Shown piece after piece: positions 46,344 to 55,845 of a stretch of 64,000 bases of DNA. The stretch comes from Clostridia bacterium (GTDB lineage Bacteria; Bacillota; Clostridia; Oscillospirales; CAG-272): contig CAAFLY010000061.1 in assembly GCA_900763885.1 (NCBI GenBank), positions 10,553 through 74,552 of the forward strand. The letters run 5' to 3'. The notes beneath the pieces were generated by a model, which worked only from the letters and a program-made list of their open reading frames with translations, did not search any database and had not been told where the DNA came from. Made by a program: the position numbers and the translations under genes. Each line of letters opens with the position of its first letter. The stretch's first letter is position 1.

Positions 46344-48923
46344 ATGCAAAAAAAGAAAATACTCTCTCTGGCACTGGCAGCCGCGGCGATCATCGGTTCC
46401 ACCGGACTGGTCGGATGCGGGAAAAAGAACACCGGACCGGTCTATTCCCGCCGTACCAACGTCTATAAAACGGTCGAGCTGACCGGTCCCCAAAAGGCGC
46501 GCTGGATCGATCAGGCATTCTGCACCGGCGACTCTATGGTCATGCTCTACACGGAATACATCGACAATAGCGGGGACACTGCCTTTGCGGATGAAGTCGC
46601 GTCTGTCGCGAGGGTGAGCGAGGAGACCGCTGTCGAGGAAACCGAAGCCGCCACCGACGAGGTCCCCGCAGAGGACGGAGAGGTGACAGACGCAAACGGC
46701 GATGGGATCCCGGACGGCGAGGTGCCCGAGGCAAACAGCACGGATGACGCGCCTACGGAGGAAACCGCGAGCGAGGCGACGCTTGAACCGGAGACCATGC
46801 CGACCACCAAAAGGTGGCTCTATTCCGTCAAGCTCGACGGCTCCAGCTCCTCGGAGATTGAGCTGAACCTCGGCTTGAACGAAGACAACGGCTACTTCAA
46901 TTCGATCTTCAAGGGACCGGAGGGGACGATCTATATCTCTTATCAGAACTGGATCTACACCGACACCGAGTCCTACGCGCAGGTTATGCTCTACAACGTC
47001 GATTTCACAACGGGCGAAATGAAGGGCGATCCGATCGACCTGACCGCCGCCATAGAATCCGCGGGCTACAACAAGAGCGAAACGTATATCAACACCATCG
47101 ATTACAACGGCTCCGAGCTCCTGCTGACCATAGACGGCAACATCCTGCTGTGCGACGACAAGGGCAATTTCCAGAAAAAGCTCGAAACGGATGCAAGCTG
47201 GATCAGCACCATGCTCTACGATGAGAATGAGATATACTACATAACCTATGTGGACGGCAAGGGACAGCAGCTTTTCGCTGTCGATAAGACCACCGGGCAG
47301 GGATCGAACATCACCACCGATACGCTGAACAACGCGATCGCAAACGGCGGCAGTCTCATGGGCTACGCGAACGGCAAATTCTACTTCAATTCACAGACCG
47401 GCGTGACCACGTGGGAGCGCGCGACCGACACCGCGACGGAGATCCTCAACTACATCAACTCCGACATCGACCGCTCCGTGGTGAACAATCTGTATCTCCT
47501 CCCGGACGGCAGATTCGCATACTACGGTACCGACTACAGCAGCAAAACAAACAAAACCCTCATCGGCGTGCTGGAGAGGATCCCGGACGAGCAGATGCAG
47601 GATGAGGTCATCCTCACGCTTGCCTGTACCTACACGGACTACTATCTGCGCAAGCTCATCATCCGCTACAACAAGCAGAACACCGGCGTGCGCATCTCCG
47701 TCAAGGACTACTCAAGCTATAACAACGAAGGGAACAACTGGAACGGCGCGGCGACCCAGCTCGGCAACGACATCACCGTCGGCAACGTTCCGGACATTCT
47801 CGTGCTGGATTCCTCTCTCCCGGTCGAATCCTACTATAAGAAGGGCGTGTTCGCCGATCTGTATCCGTTCATCGACAGCGAGGAGAACGGCATCGACCGC
47901 TCGGATCTGATGGAGAATCTCCTGAAGGCATGCGAGCTCAACGGCAAGCTCTACTCCATCATCACCAGCTACTATTTCCAGACCCTTGTCGCAAAGTCCG
48001 ATTTTGTCGGCACGAAGCCCGGCTGGACGATTCGGGAAATGCTCGACGCCATCGCGAAAATGCCGGAGGGCATGGTGGCATTCAGCTACGATTTCGACCG
48101 CTCGTCCCTGCAGGATATGCTGCTCTCCGCCTGCATGGGTTCCTTCGTGAATTATGAAACGGGCGAAACGAGCTTCAACAGTCAGGATTTCATCGATCTC
48201 ATCGAATTCTTGAAATCCTGCCCGGAAAAGAGCATCCAGAACGCGTATTACGATAACATCGATTACGACAACTACGACGCCCAGGCGGAGCAGGAGTGGT
48301 ACAACGAGTACGAAATGCGCTTCTTCAAGAATAAGGCTCTCTTCATGAACGCCTACGTCAGCTCCTTTGACGCGTTTACGTACACCATGCAGCAGTTTGG
48401 CGGCAACGCGACGCTGATCGGCTATCCGACAACCGATGAAAACTCCAGCGGTGCGGTGGTCTATCCGAACATGGAGCTTGGCATCTGCGCGGCGTCCAAA
48501 AACACATCGAGCGCATGGCAGTTCCTCAAGTATCTCTTGACCGACGAGCAGTACGCGAAGGACAACTACTCCTTCACCATCTCGAAGAAGAACATGCAGG
48601 CGAAGCTCGACCAGACCAATCAGGACGCGGAGCAGAACGGCGGCAACGAATGGACGGATGAGGACTGGAAGTGGTACGAGGACAACTACAGCGAGGAATA
48701 TGTGAACTATCTGAAGAGTTCCCGGATGAAGTATACGCCGGAGCTGGGCCAGAAGGTCATGGACATCGTAAGCACCGCGACCACAGTCGTCCGCTATGAC
48801 AAAAAGCTCACCGAGATCATTAATGAGGAGCTGAGCAGCTTCTACGGCGGCACCAAATCCGCGGCGGACACAGCAGGCATTATCGACAGCCGTGCGAAGA
48901 TCTATATCTCCGAAAACAGCTGA
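46344..48923 (+). CDS. large lipoprotein: unknown ~400-aa N-terminal domain fused to a family-1 extracellular solute-binding domain
   Basis: AAGGAGGA RBS and lipobox LVGCGKK, with an acidic linker. From about aa 420 (VILTLACTYTDYYLRKLIIRYNKQNTGVRISV...PDILVLD...) it resembles sugar ABC solute-binding proteins. Confidence 0.65.
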   Translation: MQKKKILSLALAAAAIIGSTGLVGCGKKNTGPVYSRRTNVYKTVELTGPQKARWIDQAFCTGDSMVMLYTEYIDNSGDTAFADEVASVARVSEETAVEETEAATDEVPAEDGEVTDANGDGIPDGEVPEANSTDDAPTEETASEATLEPETMPTTKRWLYSVKLDGSSSSEIELNLGLNEDNGYFNSIFKGPEGTIYISYQNWIYTDTESYAQVMLYNVDFTTGEMKGDPIDLTAAIESAGYNKSETYINTIDYNGSELLLTIDGNILLCDDKGNFQKKLETDASWISTMLYDENEIYYITYVDGKGQQLFAVDKTTGQGSNITTDTLNNAIANGGSLMGYANGKFYFNSQTGVTTWERATDTATEILNYINSDIDRSVVNNLYLLPDGRFAYYGTDYSSKTNKTLIGVLERIPDEQMQDEVILTLACTYTDYYLRKLIIRYNKQNTGVRISVKDYSSYNNEGNNWNGAATQLGNDITVGNVPDILVLDSSLPVESYYKKGVFADLYPFIDSEENGIDRSDLMENLLKACELNGKLYSIITSYYFQTLVAKSDFVGTKPGWTIREMLDAIAKMPEGMVAFSYDFDRSSLQDMLLSACMGSFVNYETGETSFNSQDFIDLIEFLKSCPEKSIQNAYYDNIDYDNYDAQAEQEWYNEYEMRFFKNKALFMNAYVSSFDAFTYTMQQFGGNATLIGYPTTDENSSGAVVYPNMELGICAASKNTSSAWQFLKYLLTDEQYAKDNYSFTISKKNMQAKLDQTNQDAEQNGGNEWTDEDWKWYEDNYSEEYVNYLKSSRMKYTPELGQKVMDIVSTATTVVRYDKKLTEIINEELSSFYGGTKSAADTAGIIDSRAKIYISENS

Positions 48924-48953
48924 CCGACGAATCAAACACCACAATCGAAAACC

Positions 48954-48998
48954 GTGGGGAAACTTTTCACGAAAGAGAGGCTTCCCCACCTCGTTTTC
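48954..48998 (+). terminator. candidate terminator after the SBP gene
   Basis: GTGGGGAA (48954-48961) pairs with TTCCCCAC (48982-48989), followed by CTCGTTTT. The U-tract is interrupted. Confidence 0.55.
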
Positions 48999-49032
48999 CC
49001 CTCACATCATTCTGGATTGGAGACAACACGTC

Positions 49033-49638
49033 ATGCGCAAAGCCATCTGCAACAGCATCGCCGCGGGAATTTTCATCGGAATCGGCGGCAGCGTATTCTT
49101 AGCCATCGAAAATAAGATCGCAGGCGCGGTATTTTTTACGGTAGCCCTGCTCTGCATCTGCCAGCTTGAGCTCTTGCTCTACACCGGGAAGATTGGATTT
49201 TTAGCGTTCGATCACAGCAAACCGGAGATCATCACCACCGCGGTCTGCCTTGCCGGGAACTGTATCGGCACGGGACTGGCGGGTGCGGCGATCCGGTATT
49301 GCCGTCCGCAGGTGATCGACCGCGCGGTCACAATGATGGAGGACAAGCTCGCCATACCGCTCGGCAGGACATTCTTCACCGCTCTGTTCTGCGGGATCCT
49401 CATGTACGCCGCCGTGCGCATTTATCGGGAAAAGCAGTCGCTCTCCGGGATCCTCTTCTGCGTCCCCGTGTTCATCCTCGCCGGCTTTGAGCACTCCATC
49501 GCCGATATGTTCTACGCGTGGACGGCACTTGTGGGCGGTGCGCGTACGGTGCTGTTTCTGGCGGTCGTAGTCCTCGGCAACACGGTGGGCGGACTGCTGG
49601 TGCCGGTGCTCAAACGAATCGCCGGTGATAAGGCGTAA
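49033..49638 (+). CDS. formate/nitrite transporter (FNT) family protein, short form
   Basis: Start MRKAICNSIAAGIFIGIGG. Contains the FNT signature GFEHSIADMFY. About 201 aa. Confidence 0.7.
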   Translation: MRKAICNSIAAGIFIGIGGSVFLAIENKIAGAVFFTVALLCICQLELLLYTGKIGFLAFDHSKPEIITTAVCLAGNCIGTGLAGAAIRYCRPQVIDRAVTMMEDKLAIPLGRTFFTALFCGILMYAAVRIYREKQSLSGILFCVPVFILAGFEHSIADMFYAWTALVGGARTVLFLAVVVLGNTVGGLLVPVLKRIAGDKA

Positions 49639-49741
49639 ATGGAGGCGAAACCAGAGAAACAGTAATAAAAATTCCATAATGCGCAGAGAATGTATTGCAA
49701 AACGACCGTATTCGACGCCGTCTTTCTGCGTCTCCCATGCC

Positions 49742-49790
49742 GCCGTTCATTCCTCTATGCAGGGAATGAACGGCGATATTTCAATATTTG
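49742..49790 (+). terminator. hairpin terminator
   Basis: A perfect 13-bp stem, CGCCGTTCATTCC / GGAATGAACGGCG, followed by a T-rich tail (ATATTTCAATATTT). Confidence 0.6.
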
Positions 49791-49844
49791 GAAAATTTTA
49801 TCGCAGAAAAGTGAAGAAAAAGCAGAAATGTGCTGAAAATCGAT

Positions 49845-49874
49845 TTGACAGTAGTGCAAACGGTATGCTATAAT
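49845..49874 (+). promoter_or_regulatory. sigma70-type promoter (TGcTATAAT) for EEP copy 2
   Basis: TTGACA (49845-49850), an 18-nt spacer, then TATAAT (49869-49874). Confidence 0.55.
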
Positions 49875-49921
49875 AGGAACATGGCAAAAATCACAAAAAA
49901 CCATTCTCACAGGGAGGCAAT

Positions 49922-50710
49922 ATGGCAAATATTCGTGTTTTCACATTCAATATGCGAACCGACGCGCCCTCCGATGGCGTCAACTGGTTCTCCGGCGAAC
50001 GTTCTGCGTATATCGGCAAGACGTTTCCGAAATATCGCGCGGACATTATCGGCTGTCAGGAAACCACACCATGTATGCGCCAGTGGCTGATCGATCACTT
50101 CCATGAATACGAGGTCTGTGGCCTGGGCAGAGAAGCGGATTTGCAGGGAGAGAGCAACGTTGTGTGCTTCAGACGGGAGAAGTTCGATTTGGTGACACTG
50201 GATCAGTTCTGGCTTTCGGATACGCCGCACGTGCCAGGCTCCCGGTTTCACACCGATCAAAGCGAATGTCCGCGCATCTGTATGGCACTGACGCTGCGCA
50301 GCAAAAAAAACGGCAGGCTTTTCCGGTATTACAACACCCATCTTGACCATGCCGGAGAGCTGGCGCAGGCACAGGGTATGTCGCTGATCCTGGAACGGAT
50401 GACGCGAGATTATGGCGCATGGCAGCTTCCGGTGATTTTGACAGGAGATCTGAACATTACGCCGGCATCCAAAACGTACCGTTCTCTCGTCGAATTTACT
50501 GGTTGCGGCACACCGCTTCGGGATTTGACAACGGAGGTCGGTCCCACACTGCACGACTATATGCCGGAGACGGTGCATGAAAAGATCGACTACATTTTCA
50601 CCAATCTTCCGCACGATCCGTCAAAGACAGTGAAGGCAACAGATCATGACGATGCCGGACACTACCTCTCGGATCACTATCCGGTAGGTGCGGAAATCCT
50701 GCTGGATTGA
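49922..50710 (+). CDS. endonuclease/exonuclease/phosphatase (EEP) family protein, copy 2
   Basis: MANIRVFTFNMRTDA... is collinear with 11460..12245 and has the same EEP motifs (CQE, NTHLDH, LTGDLN, SDHYPV). GGGAGG RBS. Confidence 0.8.
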   Translation: MANIRVFTFNMRTDAPSDGVNWFSGERSAYIGKTFPKYRADIIGCQETTPCMRQWLIDHFHEYEVCGLGREADLQGESNVVCFRREKFDLVTLDQFWLSDTPHVPGSRFHTDQSECPRICMALTLRSKKNGRLFRYYNTHLDHAGELAQAQGMSLILERMTRDYGAWQLPVILTGDLNITPASKTYRSLVEFTGCGTPLRDLTTEVGPTLHDYMPETVHEKIDYIFTNLPHDPSKTVKATDHDDAGHYLSDHYPVGAEILLD

Positions 50711-50720
50711 GGAGATTGCC

Positions 50721-52181
50721 ATGAACATGAAAAGGAATATTTCTATACTTCTTTTGATCGCTATGCTTCTTGTTACCGCTTGTTCCGGTAAACAGACAGA
50801 ACCCGCCGAGGATTCCGCGGTACAACCCAATGATCCGGCGCAGACAGATGTGGAAACCGAAACGGAACTGCGTGACAACGTACCGGACGGTGTGAAATTT
50901 GACGGTGCGTCCTTTGTGCTTTTGTCTCCGGATGAATACGGCGGACAGTGCCTGACCGAGGAGCAGACGGGCGACGTACTGAACGATGCCACGTATGCAA
51001 TGAAAAGCGCTGTGGAAGAACGACTTGGCGTACAAATCACAGAAGAATTGACGAAATTCTGGGAAATGCAGGGACATGTGGAAAAGCTCATCACCTCCGG
51101 CGACAATTCGTACAGCGCGGTGGAGATGATGGACCGTTTTGGATTTCCGCTTGTGCGGAAGCACTGTTTTTTGCCAATTTCCGATGTGCCCTATATCGAT
51201 TTGTTACGTGAATATTGGGGCAGCGGGCTGAGTGCCGATTTACAGATCAACGGTGAGCATTACTTTGCGGTCGGCTCGTTCAATCTCAAGGCGTTCACCA
51301 ATACCGCATGCACGCTTCTCAACCGTACACTTTGTGAAGCACATGGCGTAAGTGTGGACGATGAGACCATCGACAGCGGAGCTTGGACGTATGATACGCT
51401 TTATACCCTTGCGGAAGCGATATCGACGGACGCGAACGGTGACGGTGTAATGGATGAAAACGACATTTATGGCCTCGGTCATTATGATCTCCGATCCGCA
51501 CCTGCCATCGCGTGGATTGCCGGCGGATTCCGAACACTGGATAATGACACGGACGGAAAGCTCGCAGTGAATGTTTACGGCAATGAGCGGTTTGTTGACA
51601 TCCTGACCATGGTGCAGGACAAGCTGTTCTTTGGCGACGCGTGTTATAAGGTACAGGAAAGTGCGTCTGTATGGAACACAATGGATATCTTCAAGGACGG
51701 CAGAGAATGGGCCATGATCGGCGTGTTCAACGCGATTGTGGAAATGCGCGATATGGAGGACGATTTCACTGTGGTGCCCGTACCGAAGTTTGAGGAAAGC
51801 GCGGCGGAATACCGTTCCCGTACCTACGACTCGTATTTCACGCTTATCCCGACGACGGTACAGGATACGGAGATGGTCGGCGCGGTGCTGGAAGCCATGT
51901 CGTTTACCGCGTACCGGGACGTGATTCCGGCATACATCCAGACAACTCTGAAAGGAAAGGCGTCCCGCGATGAGATGGCGGCAAAGTATATTCAGCTTGC
52001 GTTTGACACACGGCACATCGATCTTGGCGAAGCGTTGATTTTTGACGTGTTCGGTGACCAATCTATGTTTGATATGCTGAAAAAACAGCCGCTTGGAATT
52101 GCCTCTTACCTTGAAAAGAAGCAAAAAACCATCGATAAAGCATTCTCGGAGATCGTAGCTCTGGCGGACGACGCGGAATGA
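50721..52181 (+). CDS. lipoprotein, probable orphan ABC solute-binding protein
   Basis: Start MNMKRNISILLLIAMLLVTACSGK (lipobox), 10 nt after the EEP stop. Size and pattern resemble large LplA-type sugar-binding lipoproteins. Assignment is tentative. Confidence 0.55.
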   Translation: MNMKRNISILLLIAMLLVTACSGKQTEPAEDSAVQPNDPAQTDVETETELRDNVPDGVKFDGASFVLLSPDEYGGQCLTEEQTGDVLNDATYAMKSAVEERLGVQITEELTKFWEMQGHVEKLITSGDNSYSAVEMMDRFGFPLVRKHCFLPISDVPYIDLLREYWGSGLSADLQINGEHYFAVGSFNLKAFTNTACTLLNRTLCEAHGVSVDDETIDSGAWTYDTLYTLAEAISTDANGDGVMDENDIYGLGHYDLRSAPAIAWIAGGFRTLDNDTDGKLAVNVYGNERFVDILTMVQDKLFFGDACYKVQESASVWNTMDIFKDGREWAMIGVFNAIVEMRDMEDDFTVVPVPKFEESAAEYRSRTYDSYFTLIPTTVQDTEMVGAVLEAMSFTAYRDVIPAYIQTTLKGKASRDEMAAKYIQLAFDTRHIDLGEALIFDVFGDQSMFDMLKKQPLGIASYLEKKQKTIDKAFSEIVALADDAE

Positions 52182-52198
52182 TTTCACCGAAACGAAAA

Positions 52199-52224
52199 AA
52201 GACTTTCCACGGGAGGTCTTTTTG
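52199..52224 (+). terminator. intrinsic terminator
   Basis: AAGAC..TCC pairs with GGA..GTCTT and is followed by TTTTT. Confidence 0.6.
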
Positions 52225-52283
52225 CGTTTGCACAGCGCGTATAAGACGACGGGATACGGCGCATAGTACAGAAATAACGAAAA

Positions 52284-52348
52284 TTTACCGTTTTACAGCG
52301 ATTTTACATATGCTCGCTTTCCGACTTTACCCCGGAATGGTATTCTAT
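52284..52348 (+). promoter_or_regulatory. candidate Pho-box array plus -10 element upstream of pstS
   Basis: Direct repeats TTTACC (52284), TTTACA (52292), TTTACA (52303) and TTTACC (52326), partly at 11-nt phasing, replace a -35 and precede TATTCT (about 52341). This resembles the Bacillus PhoP TT(A/T/C)ACA repeats. Confidence 0.45.
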
Positions 52349-52414
52349 AGGCGTACCAAGGAAAACAAACAACTATACATCCGGGACAGCGTTCCGGGAA
52401 AAGGAGTGAACTTT

Positions 52415-53218
52415 ATGAAAAAAGTATTTGCACTTGCTATGGCAGCTCTTTGTGTGATCGGGCTTTGCGCCTCCTGCGGTAAATCCGGCTCGAGCGTGTC
52501 CACGGATGGTTCGACCTCAATGGAAAAGGTGATCGGCGCGCTCGGCGAATCCTTTATGGCGCAGAACAGCAGCGTGACCTTTACCTACAACCCGACTGGC
52601 TCCGGCTCCGGTATCAAAGCGGTAGAAGCGGGAACCTGCGACATCGGACTTTCCAGCCGCAATCTGAAGGACGAGGAAAAGGCGGCGGGTCTGACCGGCA
52701 CTGTGCTTGCCTATGACGGCATCGCGATGATCGTCAGCAACGACAACCCGGTCGATGGTCTGACGCTCGACCAGGTGGCTGCCATTTACACCGGCGAGAT
52801 CACCAACTGGAGCGAGGTCGGCGGCAATGACGCGCAGATCGTCCTCATCGGCAGAGAGGCGGGCAGCGGTACGAGAGACGGCTTTGAGTCCATCACCGGA
52901 ACGGCGGAAAAATGCCAGTACAGACAGGAGTTGACCTCCACCGGCGACGTTATCACCACGGTCTCCCAGAACCCGGATGCCATCGGTTATGCCTCCCTCG
53001 CAGCGATCGGCGACAGCGTGCGTACCCTGAAAATCGACGGCGTAACGCCTACGGAGGAATCCGTCAAGTCCGGTGAATACGTCATCCAGCGTCCGTTCCT
53101 TCTTGTAACAAAGACGGGTGCGGCTCTCTCCGATACGGCACAGAAATTCTTCGACTACGTAACCTCCGCCCAAGCGGCGCCGATCATCCAGAAGGCCGGC
53201 GCGGTACCTGCAAACTGA
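52415..53218 (+). CDS. pstS: phosphate ABC transporter substrate-binding lipoprotein
   Basis: Lipobox LCASCGK, then GSTSMEKV...YNPTGSGSGIKAV...GREAGSGTRDGF, the PstS family pattern. AAAGGAG RBS. Confidence 0.9.
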   Translation: MKKVFALAMAALCVIGLCASCGKSGSSVSTDGSTSMEKVIGALGESFMAQNSSVTFTYNPTGSGSGIKAVEAGTCDIGLSSRNLKDEEKAAGLTGTVLAYDGIAMIVSNDNPVDGLTLDQVAAIYTGEITNWSEVGGNDAQIVLIGREAGSGTRDGFESITGTAEKCQYRQELTSTGDVITTVSQNPDAIGYASLAAIGDSVRTLKIDGVTPTEESVKSGEYVIQRPFLLVTKTGAALSDTAQKFFDYVTSAQAAPIIQKAGAVPAN

Positions 53219-53300
53219 ACAAAAGCATAAGCATGGCGCAGATACGGTTTATCCTGTGAAAAAACGGGATAAGCCATTTGCGCGCAGGAGGGAAAATCGT

Positions 53301-54170
53301 ATGCAGAAACGAAAACATCTACTGGAGAACGTGGTACACGGGATCTTTCTCATACTCGGACTCGTGACCGTCGGCTGTGTCCTGCTCATCACCGTCTATC
53401 TGGTTCTCTCCGGACTGCCGGCGATCCGCAAAATCGGGCTGCTCCCGTTTCTCTTTGGCAAAACGTGGGCGTCTACCGCGTCGGAGCCGTCCTTCGGGAT
53501 CCTGCCGTTCGTACTGACCAGCATCTACGGCACCGCGGGCGCGATCCTCATTGGTGTACCGATCGGCTTTCTCACGGCGGTTTATCTCGCGAAGCTGGCT
53601 CCACCGGCGGTCAAATCGGTCGTACAGGCGGCGGTCAGTATGCTTGCCGGGATTCCGTCCGTGGTCTACGGGCTTGTCGGTATGCTCATTTTGGTGCCTG
53701 GGATCCGCAGACTTTTCAACGTGCCGGACGGCGCCAGCCTTCTTGCGGCGATCGTGGTGCTGGCCATCATGATCCTGCCGTCTATCATCAAGGTATCCGT
53801 GACCGCGCTGGAAGCCGTGCCGAAGGAGTATGAGGATGCGTCCTTGGCTCTGGGCGCGACGCCGATGGAAACGTATTTCCGCGTATCCGTTCCGGCGGCA
53901 AGGAGCGGGATCGCAGCGGCGGTGGTGCTGGGTGTAGGTCGTGCGATCGGCGAGGCGATGGCGGTCATGATGGTCGCCGGAAACGCACCGAATATGCCGG
54001 GACTGTTCGAGAGCGTCCGGTTTCTGACCACGGCTGTCGCGAGTGAAATGTCGTATGCCGCCGGACTCCAGAGACAGGCGTTGTTCTCCATCGCGCTTGT
54101 GCTGTTCTTCTTCATTATGCTCATCAACGCCGCGCTCAATTTCTTCCTGAAACGGGAGGGGAAGCAATGA
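53301..54170 (+). CDS. pstC: phosphate ABC transporter permease PstC
   Basis: ATG at 53301 with an AGGAGGG RBS (the ORF opens at a GTG at 53256). Polytopic, with the EAA-type loop EDASLALGATPMETYFRVSVP. Confidence 0.9.
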   Translation: MQKRKHLLENVVHGIFLILGLVTVGCVLLITVYLVLSGLPAIRKIGLLPFLFGKTWASTASEPSFGILPFVLTSIYGTAGAILIGVPIGFLTAVYLAKLAPPAVKSVVQAAVSMLAGIPSVVYGLVGMLILVPGIRRLFNVPDGASLLAAIVVLAIMILPSIIKVSVTALEAVPKEYEDASLALGATPMETYFRVSVPAARSGIAAAVVLGVGRAIGEAMAVMMVAGNAPNMPGLFESVRFLTTAVASEMSYAAGLQRQALFSIALVLFFFIMLINAALNFFLKREGKQ

Positions 54171-55093
54171 TCGAAAACCGAAAAGTACCACTTGCCGCGC
54201 GTCGGGAAGAAAAACGGGCGACGAAGTCCTGCCTGTCGCAGCCTTTGTCCGTCCGCAGACGCGTGTTTGACATCCTCTGCAAATGCGGCATGGGGCTGTG
54301 CGTGACAGTCACGGTGGCTCTGACCGCGTTTCTGATCTTCTATGTGCTCCTCAAAGGACTGCCGGAGATCTCGTGGAAGCTCTTGTCTACCTCGCGGAGC
54401 TATCTCACGGACAGTATCGGCATTCTTCCGGACATTCTCTCCACGCTCTATATCGTCGTCACCACCATTCTGATCGTCGTGCCGCTCGGTGTGGGCGCCG
54501 CGGTCTATTTGACAGAGTACGCTTCCAACAAAAAGCTCGTCGCTGTGATCGAGTACGCGGCGGAGACGCTGTCCGGTATCCCATCGATCATCTATGGCCT
54601 GGTCGGTATGCTCTTTTTCTGCCAGTTTCTCCGGCTGGACAAATCGCTGCTCGCAGGTTCCCTGACGCTGGTGATCATGAATCTGCCGACCATCATGCGC
54701 ACGACACAGGAGAGCCTGAAAACGGTCCCGCAGAGCTACAGAGAGGGCGCGTTCGGATTGGGTGCCGGCAAATGGCGCGTGATCCGTACCGTGGTGCTGC
54801 CCGGATGCGTGGACGGTGTGATTACAGGCTGTATCCTGACGGTCGGACGGATCCTCGGCGAATCGGCTGCGCTGCTGTTCACCGCGGGCTTTGCGCATAC
54901 CTTATACGGCTTCTTCGACGGTATGGCAAACTCCGGCGCGACATTGACCGTGGCACTCTACTTTTACGCCAAAGAGGACGGTCGGTTTGACATCGCATTC
55001 GCCATTGCCGCCATTCTCATGCTTCTGACCCTCATTATCAATTTCGCCGCCGATCGGATCGCTGCGTATTTCAGGAGGAAAAAAGACCTATGA
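54167..55093 (+). CDS. pstA: phosphate ABC transporter permease PstA
   Basis: ATGA overlap with pstC. Loop [22 protein letters not shown]. Confidence 0.9.
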   Translation: MIENRKVPLAARREEKRATKSCLSQPLSVRRRVFDILCKCGMGLCVTVTVALTAFLIFYVLLKGLPEISWKLLSTSRSYLTDSIGILPDILSTLYIVVTTILIVVPLGVGAAVYLTEYASNKKLVAVIEYAAETLSGIPSIIYGLVGMLFFCQFLRLDKSLLAGSLTLVIMNLPTIMRTTQESLKTVPQSYREGAFGLGAGKWRVIRTVVLPGCVDGVITGCILTVGRILGESAALLFTAGFAHTLYGFFDGMANSGATLTVALYFYAKEDGRFDIAFAIAAILMLLTLIINFAADRIAAYFRRKKDL

Positions 55094-55845
55094 GCGACAT
55101 TCTCACCGTATCGGATCTCTGTCTGTGGTACGGAAGCCATCAGGCACTCAAAGATATAAACATCAACATTCCCGAAGAAAGCATCACCGCGCTCATCGGT
55201 CCGTCCGGGTGCGGAAAATCGACGTTTCTGAAAACCCTGAACCGCATGAACGACCTGATCCCCGGCGTGCGTATCACGGGCGAGGTCAAATACCGCGGCG
55301 AGGACATATTCGCGCCGAGCTGTGACGTTGGCGCATTGCGGAAACAGATCGGTATGGTGTTCCAGAAGCCGAATCCGTTCCCGATGAGCATCTACGACAA
55401 CATCGCCTACGGACCGCGCACCCATGGGGTCCGGAACAAGGTGGCTCTCGACGAGATTGTGGAAAAATCCCTCACCGGAGCTGCCATCTGGGACGAGGTC
55501 AAGGATCGTCTGCGCAAAAACGCACTGGGGTTATCCGGCGGTCAGCAGCAGCGGCTCTGTATCGCGCGTGCGCTGGCAGTCGAACCGGCGGTGCTGCTCA
55601 TGGACGAGCCGACCAGCGCGCTTGACCCGATTTCCACGGCGAAGATTGAGGAATTGACAATGACCCTCAAGGAAAAGTACACCATCGTGATCGTCACGCA
55701 CAATATGCAGCAGGCGGTGCGTATTTCGGACAACACGGCGTTCTTCCTGCTGGGAGAGCTGGTGGAATACGGCGACACGGAGAAAATGTTCTCGACTCCG
55801 ACAGACAAACGGACAGAGGAGTACATCACAGGGAGGTTTGGATAA
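55090..55845 (+). CDS. pstB: phosphate ABC transporter ATP-binding protein
   Basis: Walker [10 protein letters not shown], signature [14 protein letters not shown], Walker B LLMDEP, and the PstB-specific N-terminus. Confidence 0.95.
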   Translation: MSDILTVSDLCLWYGSHQALKDININIPEESITALIGPSGCGKSTFLKTLNRMNDLIPGVRITGEVKYRGEDIFAPSCDVGALRKQIGMVFQKPNPFPMSIYDNIAYGPRTHGVRNKVALDEIVEKSLTGAAIWDEVKDRLRKNALGLSGGQQQRLCIARALAVEPAVLLMDEPTSALDPISTAKIEELTMTLKEKYTIVIVTHNMQQAVRISDNTAFFLLGELVEYGDTEKMFSTPTDKRTEEYITGRFG

